Made by a program: the position numbers and the translations under genes
From: Pseudomonadota bacterium
GTDB lineage: Bacteria; Pseudomonadota; Alphaproteobacteria; Caulobacterales; Hyphomonadaceae
DNA: 64,000 nucleotides
Assembly: GCA_038534315.1 (NCBI GenBank)
Contig: JBCAWZ010000004.1
Location: forward strand, 37,837-101,836
Direction of reading: 5' to 3'
The notes under the pieces: model-generated
What the model was told of the DNA's origin: nothing
Database searches by the model: none
The model's input: the letters and a program-made list of their open reading frames with translations, nothing else
Part shown: one piece after another, positions 1 to 9,755 of the stretch
How the letters are laid out: every line of letters starts with the position of its first letter
Numbering within the stretch: position 1 is the stretch's first letter

Positions 1-1710
1 TGCATCCACTGGGAGCAGAGCCATCTTATCCTCAATGAAATCGCCAAGATTTGAATCTTCATCGTCGCCGATCGGCGTTTCCAGAGAGATTGGCTCTTTG
101 GCAATCTTGAGAACTTTCCGGATCTTTTCGAGTGGTAATCCAAGCTTCTCCGCGAGTTCTTCCGGGGTCGGCTCACGGCCAATCTCGTGCAACATTTGAC
201 GCTGTGACCGGACGATCTTGTTGATTGTCTCAATCATATGCACCGGAATACGAATGGTGCGGGCCTGGTCTGCGATCGATCGCGTGATCGCCTGCCGGAT
301 CCACCAAGTGGCATAAGTGGAAAATTTGTATCCGCGGCGATATTCGAATTTATCCACCGCCTTCATCAAGCCGATATTGCCTTCCTGGATCAAGTCGAGG
401 AATTGCAGGCCACGATTGGTGTATTTTTTGGCAATCGAAATGACGAGGCGAAGATTGGCCTCAACCATTTCTTTCTTGGCGATGCGGGCTTCGCGCTCGC
501 CCTTCTGAACCCTTTGAACGATTTGGCGATAATCGTCGATCGGAATCCCAATTTCTTGCGCAACGGTTGAGATCTCAGCTCGCAGGTCTTCAATTTTGTC
601 CGCTTCGCGAGTGACAAACCGTTCCCATTTCTTGGACTTGCCACCAACATCTTCGATCCAATTTGGATCGAGCTCGTGGCCGAAATAGGCCTGCAAGAAC
701 TCCGAGCGGGGCACGCCATGGGCATCGGCTCTGCGCATCAGCTGACCCTCAAGACTCATCAGCTTTTTATTGATCGCATAAAGCTGTTCGACCAGGGCTT
801 CGATCCGCGCATTGTTGATATGCATGGTCTTAAGCGTTTCAACGATACTGACTGAAATGCTCTCGTGCGAATCTTGATCCTTCTTGGCCAGGCTTTTGCC
901 TTCCAAGCGGCGCGACACCAAGCGCTCTTGTAGCATTCGGAAATTGGCGAACGAGGACGCCATCTCGTCGAGTTTTTCGAGCACACCGTCGCGAAGTTCG
1001 GCTTCCATGCCGGACATCGACATTGCCGCGCCTTCTTCCTCGTCTTCACGTTCTTCTCGAGCGTGACGTTCTTCAACCGTCTCGTCTTCACGATTCTCGG
1101 CTTCGGGCTCTTCTTCTTCTTCTTCTTCTTCCTCTTCGATCTCAGGCGCTGGGTTTTCCGCGCCATAAGTCGCTTCTAAGTCGATTAGATCGCGCAGCAG
1201 GATGCGCTCATTCACAAGCTCGTCGCGCCACACCATCATCGCTTCGAAGGTCAAAGGGCTTTCGCACAGGCCGCGGATCATCGCATCACGCCCAGCTTCG
1301 ATACGCTTGGCGATGGCAATTTCACCCTCACGCGAGAGCAGCTCGACGGATCCCATTTCGCGCAGATACATGCGCACGGGATCATCGGTGCGATCTGAGT
1401 TGCGTGCATTACCTTTCTTGGTGACGGCTTTTTCACCCGTCTTGGCAACGGCCGTGCCTTTCGGGCCCGCTTCGCCTTCTTCGTCATTTTCGACAACGCT
1501 GATGCCTTGCTCCGATAACATGGCCATCGTGTCTTCAATTTGGTCGGACGAGAGTTCATCCTGCGGCAGGATCGCGTTCAGCTCTTCAACTGTCACATAG
1601 CCCTTATCTCGGGCGACCTTCATGAATTTTTTGACTTTGGTATCGTTGAGGTCGAGAACCGGGCGGTCGTCTACCGCGGTATCGGTATCTGTTTCTTTGG
1701 CTTTCGCCAT
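1..1710 (-). CDS. rpoD: RNA polymerase primary sigma factor RpoD (3' end runs off window)
   Basis: ATG at 1710 ([10 protein letters not shown]...). Hand translation gives region 1.2 [11 protein letters not shown], region 2 [41 protein letters not shown] and region 3.2 [11 protein letters not shown] at the window edge. Absent from the ORF track because it has no stop in the window; lies downstream of dnaG. Confidence 0.97.
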   Translation of the reverse strand, partial: MAKAKETDTDTAVDDRPVLDLNDTKVKKFMKVARDKGYVTVEELNAILPQDELSSDQIEDTMAMLSEQGISVVENDEEGEAGPKGTAVAKTGEKAVTKKGNARNSDRTDDPVRMYLREMGSVELLSREGEIAIAKRIEAGRDAMIRGLCESPLTFEAMMVWRDELVNERILLRDLIDLEATYGAENPAPEIEEEEEEEEEEPEAENREDETVEERHAREEREDEEEGAAMSMSGMEAELRDGVLEKLDEMASSFANFRMLQERLVSRRLEGKSLAKKDQDSHESISVSIVETLKTMHINNARIEALVEQLYAINKKLMSLEGQLMRRADAHGVPRSEFLQAYFGHELDPNWIEDVGGKSKKWERFVTREADKIEDLRAEISTVAQEIGIPIDDYRQIVQRVQKGEREARIAKKEMVEANLRLVISIAKKYTNRGLQFLDLIQEGNIGLMKAVDKFEYRRGYKFSTYATWWIRQAITRSIADQARTIRIPVHMIETINKIVRSQRQMLHEIGREPTPEELAEKLGLPLEKIRKVLKIAKEPISLETPIGDDEDSNLGDFIEDKMALLPVDA

Positions 1711-1764
1711 AAACTCTTCTCCCGTCTGCCCTGGTGCAGTACTATCTGTATTTGACCCAACACA

Positions 1765-3609
1765 TTATGTTTGATCAGAACCATCTAATGCTTCGTTGAG
1801 ACGCATCGCCTTTGCTCGCCGTTCCGAGACTCGTTTGTGTCTGAGTCGCTGATCATCGAGGTCGCGAAGCGCATCCCCGGTAACTGGACTAGACACGTCG
1901 TGTCCCTCCTGGCGCGCATAATGCTCTAGAGCGATGAGCCAATCCCGTTCCTCGTTGCTACCTTGAGCGATAATCGAGCTGGTCGGGAAGTTTTTGAGCA
2001 ATTCAGCCGCGCGCAATTTTCCACAATCCACTAAATGGGTCGTCAGTGGGTCCGGGTCAACCTGCAAACCTTGTTCCAGGTGACATAAAATGGCATCACG
2101 GATCGCTCCGACGTCAGGATCTGGGAAATCTACTAAAGCAAGCAATTCAGAATGGCGTTCGGCAAGATGTGGATTGCGGGCTGCGAGAATCACAGTGCCG
2201 CGCCCTTTCATCGATTGACCTTCGCCAGACTGCGCACGAAGCAATTGGTTTTTCGACTGTGTTTCACCGAGTGTAGCGGTCTGGTTTTGGCGATTTGCGC
2301 GCTTTGGCTTCTTAGCGGCACGGAGCGACCAGATATGCTCACGCAACCGCGATTTAAGTTCCTGCTCATAGGCAGATCGAACGCCCTGATGTTTGATGGC
2401 CGATGCGGCCTTGAGCAAACGCTGCTCCAATCCGGCTTGACGTTCCGGCGTATCGACCGGTTCCAAATCCCGTTCGCGGCGCCACAGAAGTTCGATCAGC
2501 GGTATGGCTGCTTGGAGCCGCTCATGCATCGCCGTAACGCCATGCTGCCGGATCAAATCGTCTGGGTCCATGCCATCTTCAAGCAGGCAGAAGAACAAGG
2601 ATCGTCCCGGTTCTAAACCAGGTAATGCGCGTTCAATCGATCGATAGGCGGCGCCCAGTCCGGCGCGGTCACCGTCAAAACACAAAACGGGTTCAGGCCC
2701 GGCACGCCAAAGCAGAGCGAGTTGCGGCTCCGTCAATGCGGTTCCCAAAGGAGCTACCGCATGGCCGATCCCAGCCTCCGCCAAAGCGATCACGTCCATA
2801 TAACCTTCGCAAACGATGAGACCGTTGGCGTCGGTATCCCCATAGGCTTCTCGAGCCAATTTGTAGCGATAGAGAACGTTCGATTTGTGAAAGAGCGGCG
2901 TGTCGCTCGAATTCAGATATTTGGGTTTCGCATCCGGCAAAATGGCACGACCACCGAATGCAATTACGGCGTCACGCGTGTCACCGATCGGAAACATAAC
3001 TCGACCGCGGAACCGGTCATAAGGATCTCCGCCACCATCGGGTTGAACAATGAGGCCCGCTTCCAAGAGTTCCGCTTTGCTAAACCCTTTTGCGGTCAGA
3101 TGCTGAAAGGTCGTTCGCCAATCGTCGGGTGCATAGCCGAGTCGATGCCGCGTCCAAGCCTCTGCGGACAGGCCTCGTTGGGTGAGATAGGCGCGCGCCT
3201 CGCTACCGATGTCAGTGCGAAGCTGCGATTCAAAAAAGCTTGCCGCGGCTTCACAGGCGGCGAGCAATCGCAAGCGTCGATCGTAGGCTTCCTGGCTTTC
3301 GGGCGTCGCTTTTGGCAGCGGCATCCCATAGTCTTCAGCCAGTTTTTCGACGGCATCCATGAAGGATAAACGCTCTGTCTCCATCACAAAGCTGATGACA
3401 TCGCCGCCATTCCCAGATGAGAAACACTTATAGATTTGCTTTTGATCGTTGACGTAGAAACTTGGCGTTTTCTCCGTTGTGAAAGGAGATAATCCGACCC
3501 ATTCCTTACCCTGTTTTTTGAGTTTCACTTTTCGACCGATTAGATCTGAAGGCCGAATGCGCGCCTTCAACTCGTCGACAAAGCCATCAGGAATGCGGAC
3601 GCCAGCCAT
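1765..3609 (-). CDS. dnaG: DNA primase
   Basis: N-terminal zinc-binding-type region (SPFTTEKTPSF...YKCFSSG), YDRFRGRVMFPI, KYLNS, Toprim CEGYMDVI and CFDGDRAG; dnaG-rpoD order. Confidence 0.97.
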   Translation of the reverse strand: MAGVRIPDGFVDELKARIRPSDLIGRKVKLKKQGKEWVGLSPFTTEKTPSFYVNDQKQIYKCFSSGNGGDVISFVMETERLSFMDAVEKLAEDYGMPLPKATPESQEAYDRRLRLLAACEAAASFFESQLRTDIGSEARAYLTQRGLSAEAWTRHRLGYAPDDWRTTFQHLTAKGFSKAELLEAGLIVQPDGGGDPYDRFRGRVMFPIGDTRDAVIAFGGRAILPDAKPKYLNSSDTPLFHKSNVLYRYKLAREAYGDTDANGLIVCEGYMDVIALAEAGIGHAVAPLGTALTEPQLALLWRAGPEPVLCFDGDRAGLGAAYRSIERALPGLEPGRSLFFCLLEDGMDPDDLIRQHGVTAMHERLQAAIPLIELLWRRERDLEPVDTPERQAGLEQRLLKAASAIKHQGVRSAYEQELKSRLREHIWSLRAAKKPKRANRQNQTATLGETQSKNQLLRAQSGEGQSMKGRGTVILAARNPHLAERHSELLALVDFPDPDVGAIRDAILCHLEQGLQVDPDPLTTHLVDCGKLRAAELLKNFPTSSIIAQGSNEERDWLIALEHYARQEGHDVSSPVTGDALRDLDDQRLRHKRVSERRAKAMRLNEALDGSDQT

Positions 3610-3734
3610 TAACCATCCTTATGCCTATGCCCGCACTTGGGAAAGGCCGAAATCAAATCTATCAACACAAATTGGCTGGGCGCGTCATTTCAGTGAAACG
3701 CAACTTTGCCGTCACATGCCCCTTTGCTCGCGCC

Positions 3735-4223
3735 TTAAGACAACGCCTCGCGAACAGCCTTACCGGCGGAGCTACATTCTATTCGGCCGGGAAATCTTTC
3801 ACGAAGCGCGGACATGCATCGACCGACGTCCTTGAGTTTTGACGCTTCGAGGTCGCCGATGACATCCTGCACCGCACTATCTAACGCGTCGCCACTGAGC
3901 GGCTTGGGTAAAAACGCGGCGAGGACCTCGATCTCTTGCCGCTCACGCTCTGCGTCGGCAATTCGACCTGCTTCATCATACTCCGCGGCAGACACTTCCC
4001 GTTGTGCCACCATCGTTTCAAGCAGATCGACAAGCTCAGTATCGATGCAGCCATTGCAGTCGCCCCGGCCGCGCGCCATCACGTCCCGATCCGACATCGC
4101 GCATTTCACGAGCCGAAGTGTTTGTGCTTCGGTACCGGCAGTGTCTGAAGATTCAGCAGTCTCGAGCGCCTTTAAGAGACGTTCGCGAAGGCTGGTTGTG
4201 CGAAGTTGCGTGGTAGCGTCCAT
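3735..4223 (-). CDS. GatB/YqeY domain protein
   Basis: REVSAAEYDEAGR...ERQEIEVLAAFLPKPLS and KDVGRCMSAL match YqeY; usual position between carA and dnaG. Confidence 0.85.
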   Translation of the reverse strand: MDATTQLRTTSLRERLLKALETAESSDTAGTEAQTLRLVKCAMSDRDVMARGRGDCNGCIDTELVDLLETMVAQREVSAAEYDEAGRIADAERERQEIEVLAAFLPKPLSGDALDSAVQDVIGDLEASKLKDVGRCMSALRERFPGRIECSSAGKAVREALS

Positions 4224-4258
4224 AAAAGCGCATTGCCCTTACTCTGATAACGAAACCG

Positions 4259-4288
4259 CTTGACGATTTCGCCCGGTACACCCTATCT
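4259..4288 (+). promoter_or_regulatory. Candidate sigma70-type promoter for carA
   Basis: CTTGAC (4259-4264), 18 nt, CTATCT (4283-4288); resembles the alphaproteobacterial CTTGAC-N17-CTATAT consensus. Confidence 0.45.
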
Positions 4289-4360
4289 GCCACCCGTTTG
4301 CCTGATACTGCGTTAATCAAGGCTTACACGCCACAAATACAAGAGCTGGGAGATAAGCCT

Positions 4361-5533
4361 TTGCCCACCAAAAATCAATCGATTTCCGCAACGGGTGCGC
4401 TCGCTCTGGCCGATGGGACGGTTTTTTTGGGCGAAGGGGTCGGAAAAACAGGCATTGCGGTTGGTGAGTTGTGTTTCAACACGGCGATGTCCGGTTATCA
4501 GGAGATTTTGACTGACCCCTCTTATGCCGATCAGATCGTCCTATTCACTTTCCCGCACATCGGAAATGTCGGCACCAATCCCGAAGATCTTGAAGAGTCT
4601 ACCGATGCAGCAAAAACCGCCGCGCGGGGCGCCGTATTCCGTGAACCGATTACCGCTCCGTCGAACTGGCGTGCACAAGATCACTTCGGCGACTGGCTTG
4701 GACATCGCAACATTATTGGTCTGAGCGGTGTTGATACACGCGCGCTCACCCGGCTCATTCGCGAACAAGGTATGCCGAAATGTGCGATAGCGCATGACCC
4801 TGATGGGCAAATTGATGTCGATGCCTTAATCAAAGCCGCGTCCGTCTGGGAGGGGCTCGAGAACGCGGACCTCGCTTTGCAGGTCACTGAAGACGAACCG
4901 TTTGAACATGTTGAACGTCTTTGGGATCTGAGCACCGGTTTTGAGGACCAGGCGCAGGCAGATTTCCATGTCGTTGTGATGGATTACGGCGTCAAGAAGA
5001 ACATTCTTCGGAACTTGGCAAGTGTCGGCGCAAGGGCGACGATTGTCCCAGGCGATGCGCCTTTTTCCGCTATTGCAGCCCTGTCTCCGGACGGCGTTGT
5101 CTTATCGAATGGTCCCGGCGATCCTGCGGCCACAATTCTGCGCAGCAATGAAACAATCACGCAATTGATCGACAGCGGTGTACCAATATTGGGTATCTGT
5201 CTGGGACACCAGCTTTTGGCATTGGCGCTCGGCGCGGATACCATGAAGATGGAGCAGGGGCATCATGGTGCCAATCATCCTGTGAAGGATTTGAAAACTG
5301 GCAAAGTCGAAATTGTATCAATGAATCACGGGTTCACTGTTGATCCGACAACGCTTCCTGAGGGCGTGGAGCAAAGTCATCTCTCGCTCTTTGATGGAAC
5401 AAATTCTGGTCTCTCCGTCCGCGGTAAACCGATTATTTCTGTCCAACACCATCCAGAAGCCAGCCCGGGCCCGCAGGACAGTTTCTATGTCTTTGAAAGA
5501 TTCGCCGCATTGATGCGATCTGCTGCCAAATAG
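4361..5533 (+). CDS. carA: Carbamoyl-phosphate synthase small subunit
   Basis: [55 protein letters not shown] start at 4361 chosen because GGAG lies upstream; the ORF opens at 4298. Confidence 0.97.
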   Translation: MPTKNQSISATGALALADGTVFLGEGVGKTGIAVGELCFNTAMSGYQEILTDPSYADQIVLFTFPHIGNVGTNPEDLEESTDAAKTAARGAVFREPITAPSNWRAQDHFGDWLGHRNIIGLSGVDTRALTRLIREQGMPKCAIAHDPDGQIDVDALIKAASVWEGLENADLALQVTEDEPFEHVERLWDLSTGFEDQAQADFHVVVMDYGVKKNILRNLASVGARATIVPGDAPFSAIAALSPDGVVLSNGPGDPAATILRSNETITQLIDSGVPILGICLGHQLLALALGADTMKMEQGHHGANHPVKDLKTGKVEIVSMNHGFTVDPTTLPEGVEQSHLSLFDGTNSGLSVRGKPIISVQHHPEASPGPQDSFYVFERFAALMRSAAK

Positions 5534-5673
5534 TCTGCAACGTAGACAAGCGAACTCATTCAATAGTTAATGAGAATTACAGATAATTTTGTAGACAGAT
5601 CAAATCAATGATCATAAGTATACTGGGTAAGCTATTGCTAGCATCGAGTGTGTGGGGACGCGCGCGAGAATAG

Positions 5674-5707
5674 AAAGCCGGGAAACTTGATGTTTCCCGG
5701 CTTTTTC
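5674..5707. terminator. Bidirectional intrinsic terminator between carA and lolA
   Basis: AAAGCCGGGAAAC-ttgat-GTTTCCCGGCTTT followed by TT; A-run on the left arm. Confidence 0.8.
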
Positions 5708-5723
5708 GTTTGGTCATTTAAGA

Positions 5724-6560
5724 TTAGCGCTCGTCTTCTTCATCCGCTGGATCGTCGAGACGGAAGAGCACAGGACTGACCGAAACATTCTTTTCTGTGT
5801 TCTCGAGGCTAACCTGAGTGATTTGACCCTCGGTGTTGATTGCAATCCAGCCGAGAAGATCGAACGCCTCATCGTCAAAGATAAGCGTTAGGCGTCCATC
5901 CATTTCGCCCGTCAAATCGCGAACGGTGATGGCAATCGATTCCGGACGCTTAAGGATTTGCAATACTTCGACATCAGCCCCAAACGTTATTTGCTCATCA
6001 AGTAGGATATTCAACGGGGTCGCAGAGAGCGGAACACGATCTACGGTCTCCAAATTGCTGTCTGAGATCGCGACTGTGGCTCCGTCCGCGATGATCATGA
6101 TAGGACTGGGCGCGTCGTAATCAAAGCGCATTCGGCCGGGTCTGCGCAGTGCGAAACTACCGCTCGAAACACTGTTATCGGCGTTTATCTGGGAAAAACG
6201 TCCCCGTGCGGTTCGCGCTTCAGCCAATCCGCGGCGGGCGGGGAGAATGTATCGACCCCACTCATTTTCGGAGACAATGCTGATTTCAGACTCTGCAACG
6301 ATTTCCGCGCCAGCTTGCGGCATAATCAGCTCAGTTTCGTCAATCGGTGCAGCGGGTAGCGTCTGCGGCACAATTTCAGATTCTGCGGGCAAGCTTGGCA
6401 AAGCCTCAGGGGTCTCAATCACAATTGCAGGCGTATCGGCGGGTGGTTCGACCGTCGTCTCTGCTTGGAGATCAAGCATCAAGCCGGACGCTGCCTGAGC
6501 AGAGAATAACAGCGCGACATAGGTTGGCACGATTAGGTTTAACATCGCCATTCCTTCCAT
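5724..6560 (-). CDS. lolA: Outer-membrane lipoprotein carrier LolA family protein with acidic N-terminal extension
   Basis: Signal peptide, then RGRFSQ...GSFALRRPGRMRFDYDAP...IIADG...TPLNILL (alphaproteobacterial LolA pattern). Confidence 0.8.
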   Translation of the reverse strand: MEGMAMLNLIVPTYVALLFSAQAASGLMLDLQAETTVEPPADTPAIVIETPEALPSLPAESEIVPQTLPAAPIDETELIMPQAGAEIVAESEISIVSENEWGRYILPARRGLAEARTARGRFSQINADNSVSSGSFALRRPGRMRFDYDAPSPIMIIADGATVAISDSNLETVDRVPLSATPLNILLDEQITFGADVEVLQILKRPESIAITVRDLTGEMDGRLTLIFDDEAFDLLGWIAINTEGQITQVSLENTEKNVSVSPVLFRLDDPADEEDER

Positions 6561-6725
6561 AATTGCGTCCTGGGATAAGCGGATTTGCGGAACATCAACA
6601 GGGCAGAATCAAGGCATTTGTGCCAGTTTTGGTTGCCCGCTGTTCACGATTTCCGGATTATAGGGCGTGCTCCGGCAGGAAATTCTAAAAAAAGCCGGCG
6701 GCAAACCACCAAGGAGGTGACACCG

Positions 6726-7364
6726 ATGAAACAGGTCATGATCATGACATGCGCGCTCGCACTGGTTGCGGGCTGTCAGAACGGTTTTTCGCAACGTCAA
6801 TTGTCAGGCGCAGCAGCAGGTGCTGTGGCAGGCGCTGGCGTCGGCATTCTTGCTGGCGGTGATGACCGCCGCAACGCTGCAATTGGCGCCGCGATCGGCG
6901 CGATCGCCGGAGGTGCTGTCGGGACATATATGGACCGTCAGGAAGAAGCGCTGCGCCAGCGCACAGAGGGCACTGGAATTGGCGTCGAGCGCGTTGGCGA
7001 CAAAATTGCGCTAACGCTCCCGTCCGGAGTAACCTTTCCGGTTGACAGAGCGGACATTCAGCCCGGCTTTCAAGAGCCGCTTTCAGAAGTTGCGATGACG
7101 CTGAATGAGTTTCCGTCGACAGCGGTGGATATTGTCGGCCACGCCAGTGCAGATGGCCCTGATCAGTACAATCTAGAACTGTCGCAACGACGAGCACAAT
7201 CGGTGCAGTCATTTCTTGTTGCGGGCGGCGTTCAGCAGATCCGCCTGAATGCAATCGGTGTCGGCGAAACCCAACCGATTGCGGACAACGCGACCGCCGC
7301 TGGGCGCGCTGCCAACCGCCGGGTCGAGATTCTTCTAACGCCTGTTGTTGAGGGCCAAGCCTAA
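6726..7364 (+). CDS. OmpA/YiaD-like lipoprotein with glycine zipper
   Basis: GGAGG RBS, lipobox VAGC, glycine zipper (GAAAGAVAGAGVG), OmpA-C domain (GHASADG...NLELSQRRA...NRRVEI). Confidence 0.9.
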   Translation: MKQVMIMTCALALVAGCQNGFSQRQLSGAAAGAVAGAGVGILAGGDDRRNAAIGAAIGAIAGGAVGTYMDRQEEALRQRTEGTGIGVERVGDKIALTLPSGVTFPVDRADIQPGFQEPLSEVAMTLNEFPSTAVDIVGHASADGPDQYNLELSQRRAQSVQSFLVAGGVQQIRLNAIGVGETQPIADNATAAGRAANRRVEILLTPVVEGQA

Positions 7365-7397
7365 AGACTTAGCGCGCGCGCCTGGATCACATCGCGA

Positions 7398-7766
7398 CTA
7401 GGCGCGCGCAACTTCCGATACGATGTAGGTCAGCGGCTCTTCGCCGTGATAGGCAATCGTGACGTATTCTCCGGGCCGAAACGCGTGCTCTCCCAAATGA
7501 TAACCACCTTCGTCCGGCCCTTCCTCAGGTTCGTCATAGTGGAACATCCAATGACTACCACGATGGGTTAGAAGGCCGTCAGCCCGCTCATCTGGATCGG
7601 GATGAAACCGAACAACTGTGCAGTCTTTGCGATGCTCGCGCCATGTATCGACGTCGATCAAACCTTCACCATTGAGCGGTGCCACGAGGACGTAGCCTTG
7701 GCGGTCATCGCCATCTGGATGACCCGGATTGCGCGCGAGGCGCAGTGTAATACGACTTAGGGTCAA
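7398..7766 (-). CDS. Conserved hypothetical protein
   Basis: 122 aa, TTG start, directly downstream of the USP gene. The pattern LARNPGHPDG...GYVLVAPL...W.FHYD...F.PGEYVTI resembles an uncharacterised alphaproteobacterial family I recall next to USP genes. Confidence 0.7.
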   Translation of the reverse strand: MTLSRITLRLARNPGHPDGDDRQGYVLVAPLNGEGLIDVDTWREHRKDCTVVRFHPDPDERADGLLTHRGSHWMFHYDEPEEGPDEGGYHLGEHAFRPGEYVTIAYHGEEPLTYIVSEVARA

Positions 7767-7785
7767 TTTGACCTCCTCTGCTGGA

Positions 7786-8634
7786 TTAGTGCGTGAGCGC
7801 TAAGCTCGGCCGCTGCTTGGCGCGCAGCATTGCCCGGCTGGTCCCGCCAAACAGCATTTCCCCAAGCCGGCTATGGCCATAGGCGCCCATCACCAACACC
7901 CCAACCTGGTTGGCTGCCGCCGTTTCCAAAAGGCTGTCGGAGAGGTCCCCAGACAGCACCGAGACCGTCGGTGAAAGGCCTTCGACCCGCAAATACTCGC
8001 TAAGGCTTTCGGCATCTGCACATCCGGAGGCGGAGGCGGCAGGACGGATCTTTTCCGGATGGTGGGCGATAATGACTTTGGAATAGGTCTTGATCAGATC
8101 GAGATGCATCCGCACCGCGCGCGCCGCTTGCGGGCTGCCATCCCAAGCAATCATGCTGGCTTCGTCTGGACCGTGGGTTTCGGACGCCAGGATCAAGGGT
8201 AGCTCAGCGGTCATCAGGACGTGTTCGAATGCCGGGTTGAGCGCGTGCGATGTGTTGACCGCTCCGTATGGCATGACCAGGGCTTTTGAAAGCATCGCTG
8301 CACCGGCAGCCCTCAAGGCCGGTTCTCCCACCTCATTAAGGATGGCTGGCGATAGCCCGTCACCCAAAGACTTAACCCCGTCTTGAAAGGCTTCGGACAG
8401 ACTTGCGACCGCGGCTTCCTGCGCTTTTTCGATCGCCGTAATCCCAGCGCTGCCCGTCATCACCATGTCCGGACCCGCCACATAGACAGCGGCGCTGGCC
8501 GGATCTGGCATGACAATCAAGCCCTTCAGATGTGTTGATAATCGTTTGGCCAATGCCCCTGCAACGGTGAGCTCTCCAGCAACATCGGCAGGGTCACCCC
8601 CCAGCATCGCGTAAACGGTCATATCGTCCTCCAT
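7786..8634 (-). CDS. Universal stress protein (tandem USP)
   Basis: IAWDGSPQAARAV and C-terminal VLVMGAYGHSRLGEMLFGGTSRAML. Confidence 0.9.
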   Translation of the reverse strand: MEDDMTVYAMLGGDPADVAGELTVAGALAKRLSTHLKGLIVMPDPASAAVYVAGPDMVMTGSAGITAIEKAQEAAVASLSEAFQDGVKSLGDGLSPAILNEVGEPALRAAGAAMLSKALVMPYGAVNTSHALNPAFEHVLMTAELPLILASETHGPDEASMIAWDGSPQAARAVRMHLDLIKTYSKVIIAHHPEKIRPAASASGCADAESLSEYLRVEGLSPTVSVLSGDLSDSLLETAAANQVGVLVMGAYGHSRLGEMLFGGTSRAMLRAKQRPSLALTH

Positions 8635-8990
8635 CTCTGTTTCCCTTAATCTAGGGTGTCGGATAGGCCCCGTTTATAAGGGGTATTGCGTAGGGGCTTG
8701 TCGGGTCTCAAAACCGTTTCAAATGGGTACCGCCATCGGGGCAAGCGGGTACCCAAGTCGGCATTTCGGGACGGAACCGCTCGGCGAACGAAACGCGACT
8801 AAACTCAACCAGGCATGTTTAATGTGCACGCCGGATTGATCTGAGGCATCTCCGCCACAGCAAGCTCATTTTTTTTGCTTGAGCTGTTAAACTGTCACGA
8901 AATTTGTATATGCAAAGTTCGCCGGGGGGCCTCACAGAATCCGTGGGTGCGACGGTCGCAAAGAAATGTTGACGCCAAGGGGACAAATTG

Positions 8991-9662
8991 ATGTTCAAGA
9001 CTGTTAGAAGAAGTTTCGTCGCTGCCACGCTGGCAGTCATGACGATGGCTGGATTTGCTATGGCACCAGCAAGTGCCGCCACCTTCGATTTTACGGGTGA
9101 CTTGCTGGCGTCAATTGCGCCGGATTCCGATTCCAAAGTATATACGGTGGACGGAATCACGCTGACCGTGACGGCCGGAACGTTTCCGAACGCGAATCCA
9201 AGCGATATCAATTTCGGCACCCGTCAGGTAGATCAAGATTTCTTCAGCGGTCTCGGTGCGGACGCATTTGGCGATGGGGACAATGTTGATGGGTCATTCG
9301 GCAATGATGTTCTTGTCTTTTCGTTTTCTCGTGCGGTGAAGTTTCTGAGCATCGACTTCGGCAATGTCGACGGCAATGATGATTTCGCGTTTGGCTCGGT
9401 TTCTGGAACCCTGTTTAGCCGGATCGTTAACTTCGAAGACGTCAGCAACGCCGTGCTGGTGTCGACCTTCGCAACGATGGACCAGGCAACAGGTTCGTCT
9501 TTCGGCATCGGCGCGATCGGCACGTTTGACAATTTCACCATCCAAGGCATCGAAGTGGCGGCTGTGCCAATCCCGGCCGCTCTGCCCCTGTTCTTGTCCG
9601 GCCTGTTTGGTTTGCAGTGGTTCGCACGGCGTCGTCGGAAGCTGGCAGCCCAAGCGGCCTAA
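8991..9662 (+). CDS. VPLPA-CTERM (PEP-CTERM-type) surface protein
   Basis: Signal peptide ending APASA; C-terminal VPIPAALPLFLSGLFGLQWF followed by ARRRRK. Confidence 0.9.
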   Translation: MFKTVRRSFVAATLAVMTMAGFAMAPASAATFDFTGDLLASIAPDSDSKVYTVDGITLTVTAGTFPNANPSDINFGTRQVDQDFFSGLGADAFGDGDNVDGSFGNDVLVFSFSRAVKFLSIDFGNVDGNDDFAFGSVSGTLFSRIVNFEDVSNAVLVSTFATMDQATGSSFGIGAIGTFDNFTIQGIEVAAVPIPAALPLFLSGLFGLQWFARRRRKLAAQAA

Positions 9663-9692
9663 ACAGCTCGCCTCACCAAACCGAACAAAGAC

Positions 9693-9722
9693 AAAAAAGG
9701 CGGCCCGTCCAGGCCGCCTTTC
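9693..9722. terminator. Bidirectional intrinsic terminator
   Basis: AAAAGGCGGCC-cgtcca-GGCCGCCTTTT between convergent genes. Confidence 0.85.
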
Positions 9723-9755
9723 TTATGTGTGTTCGTCTCTTAGGATAGCCCAGGT

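Noticed and set aside
759-1166. 135-aa ORF with a poly-Lys run
   Set aside because: Alternative frame of the rpoD poly-Glu tract on the same strand.
2722-3369. 215-aa ORF on the + strand
   Set aside because: Antisense shadow of dnaG; no recognisable motifs.
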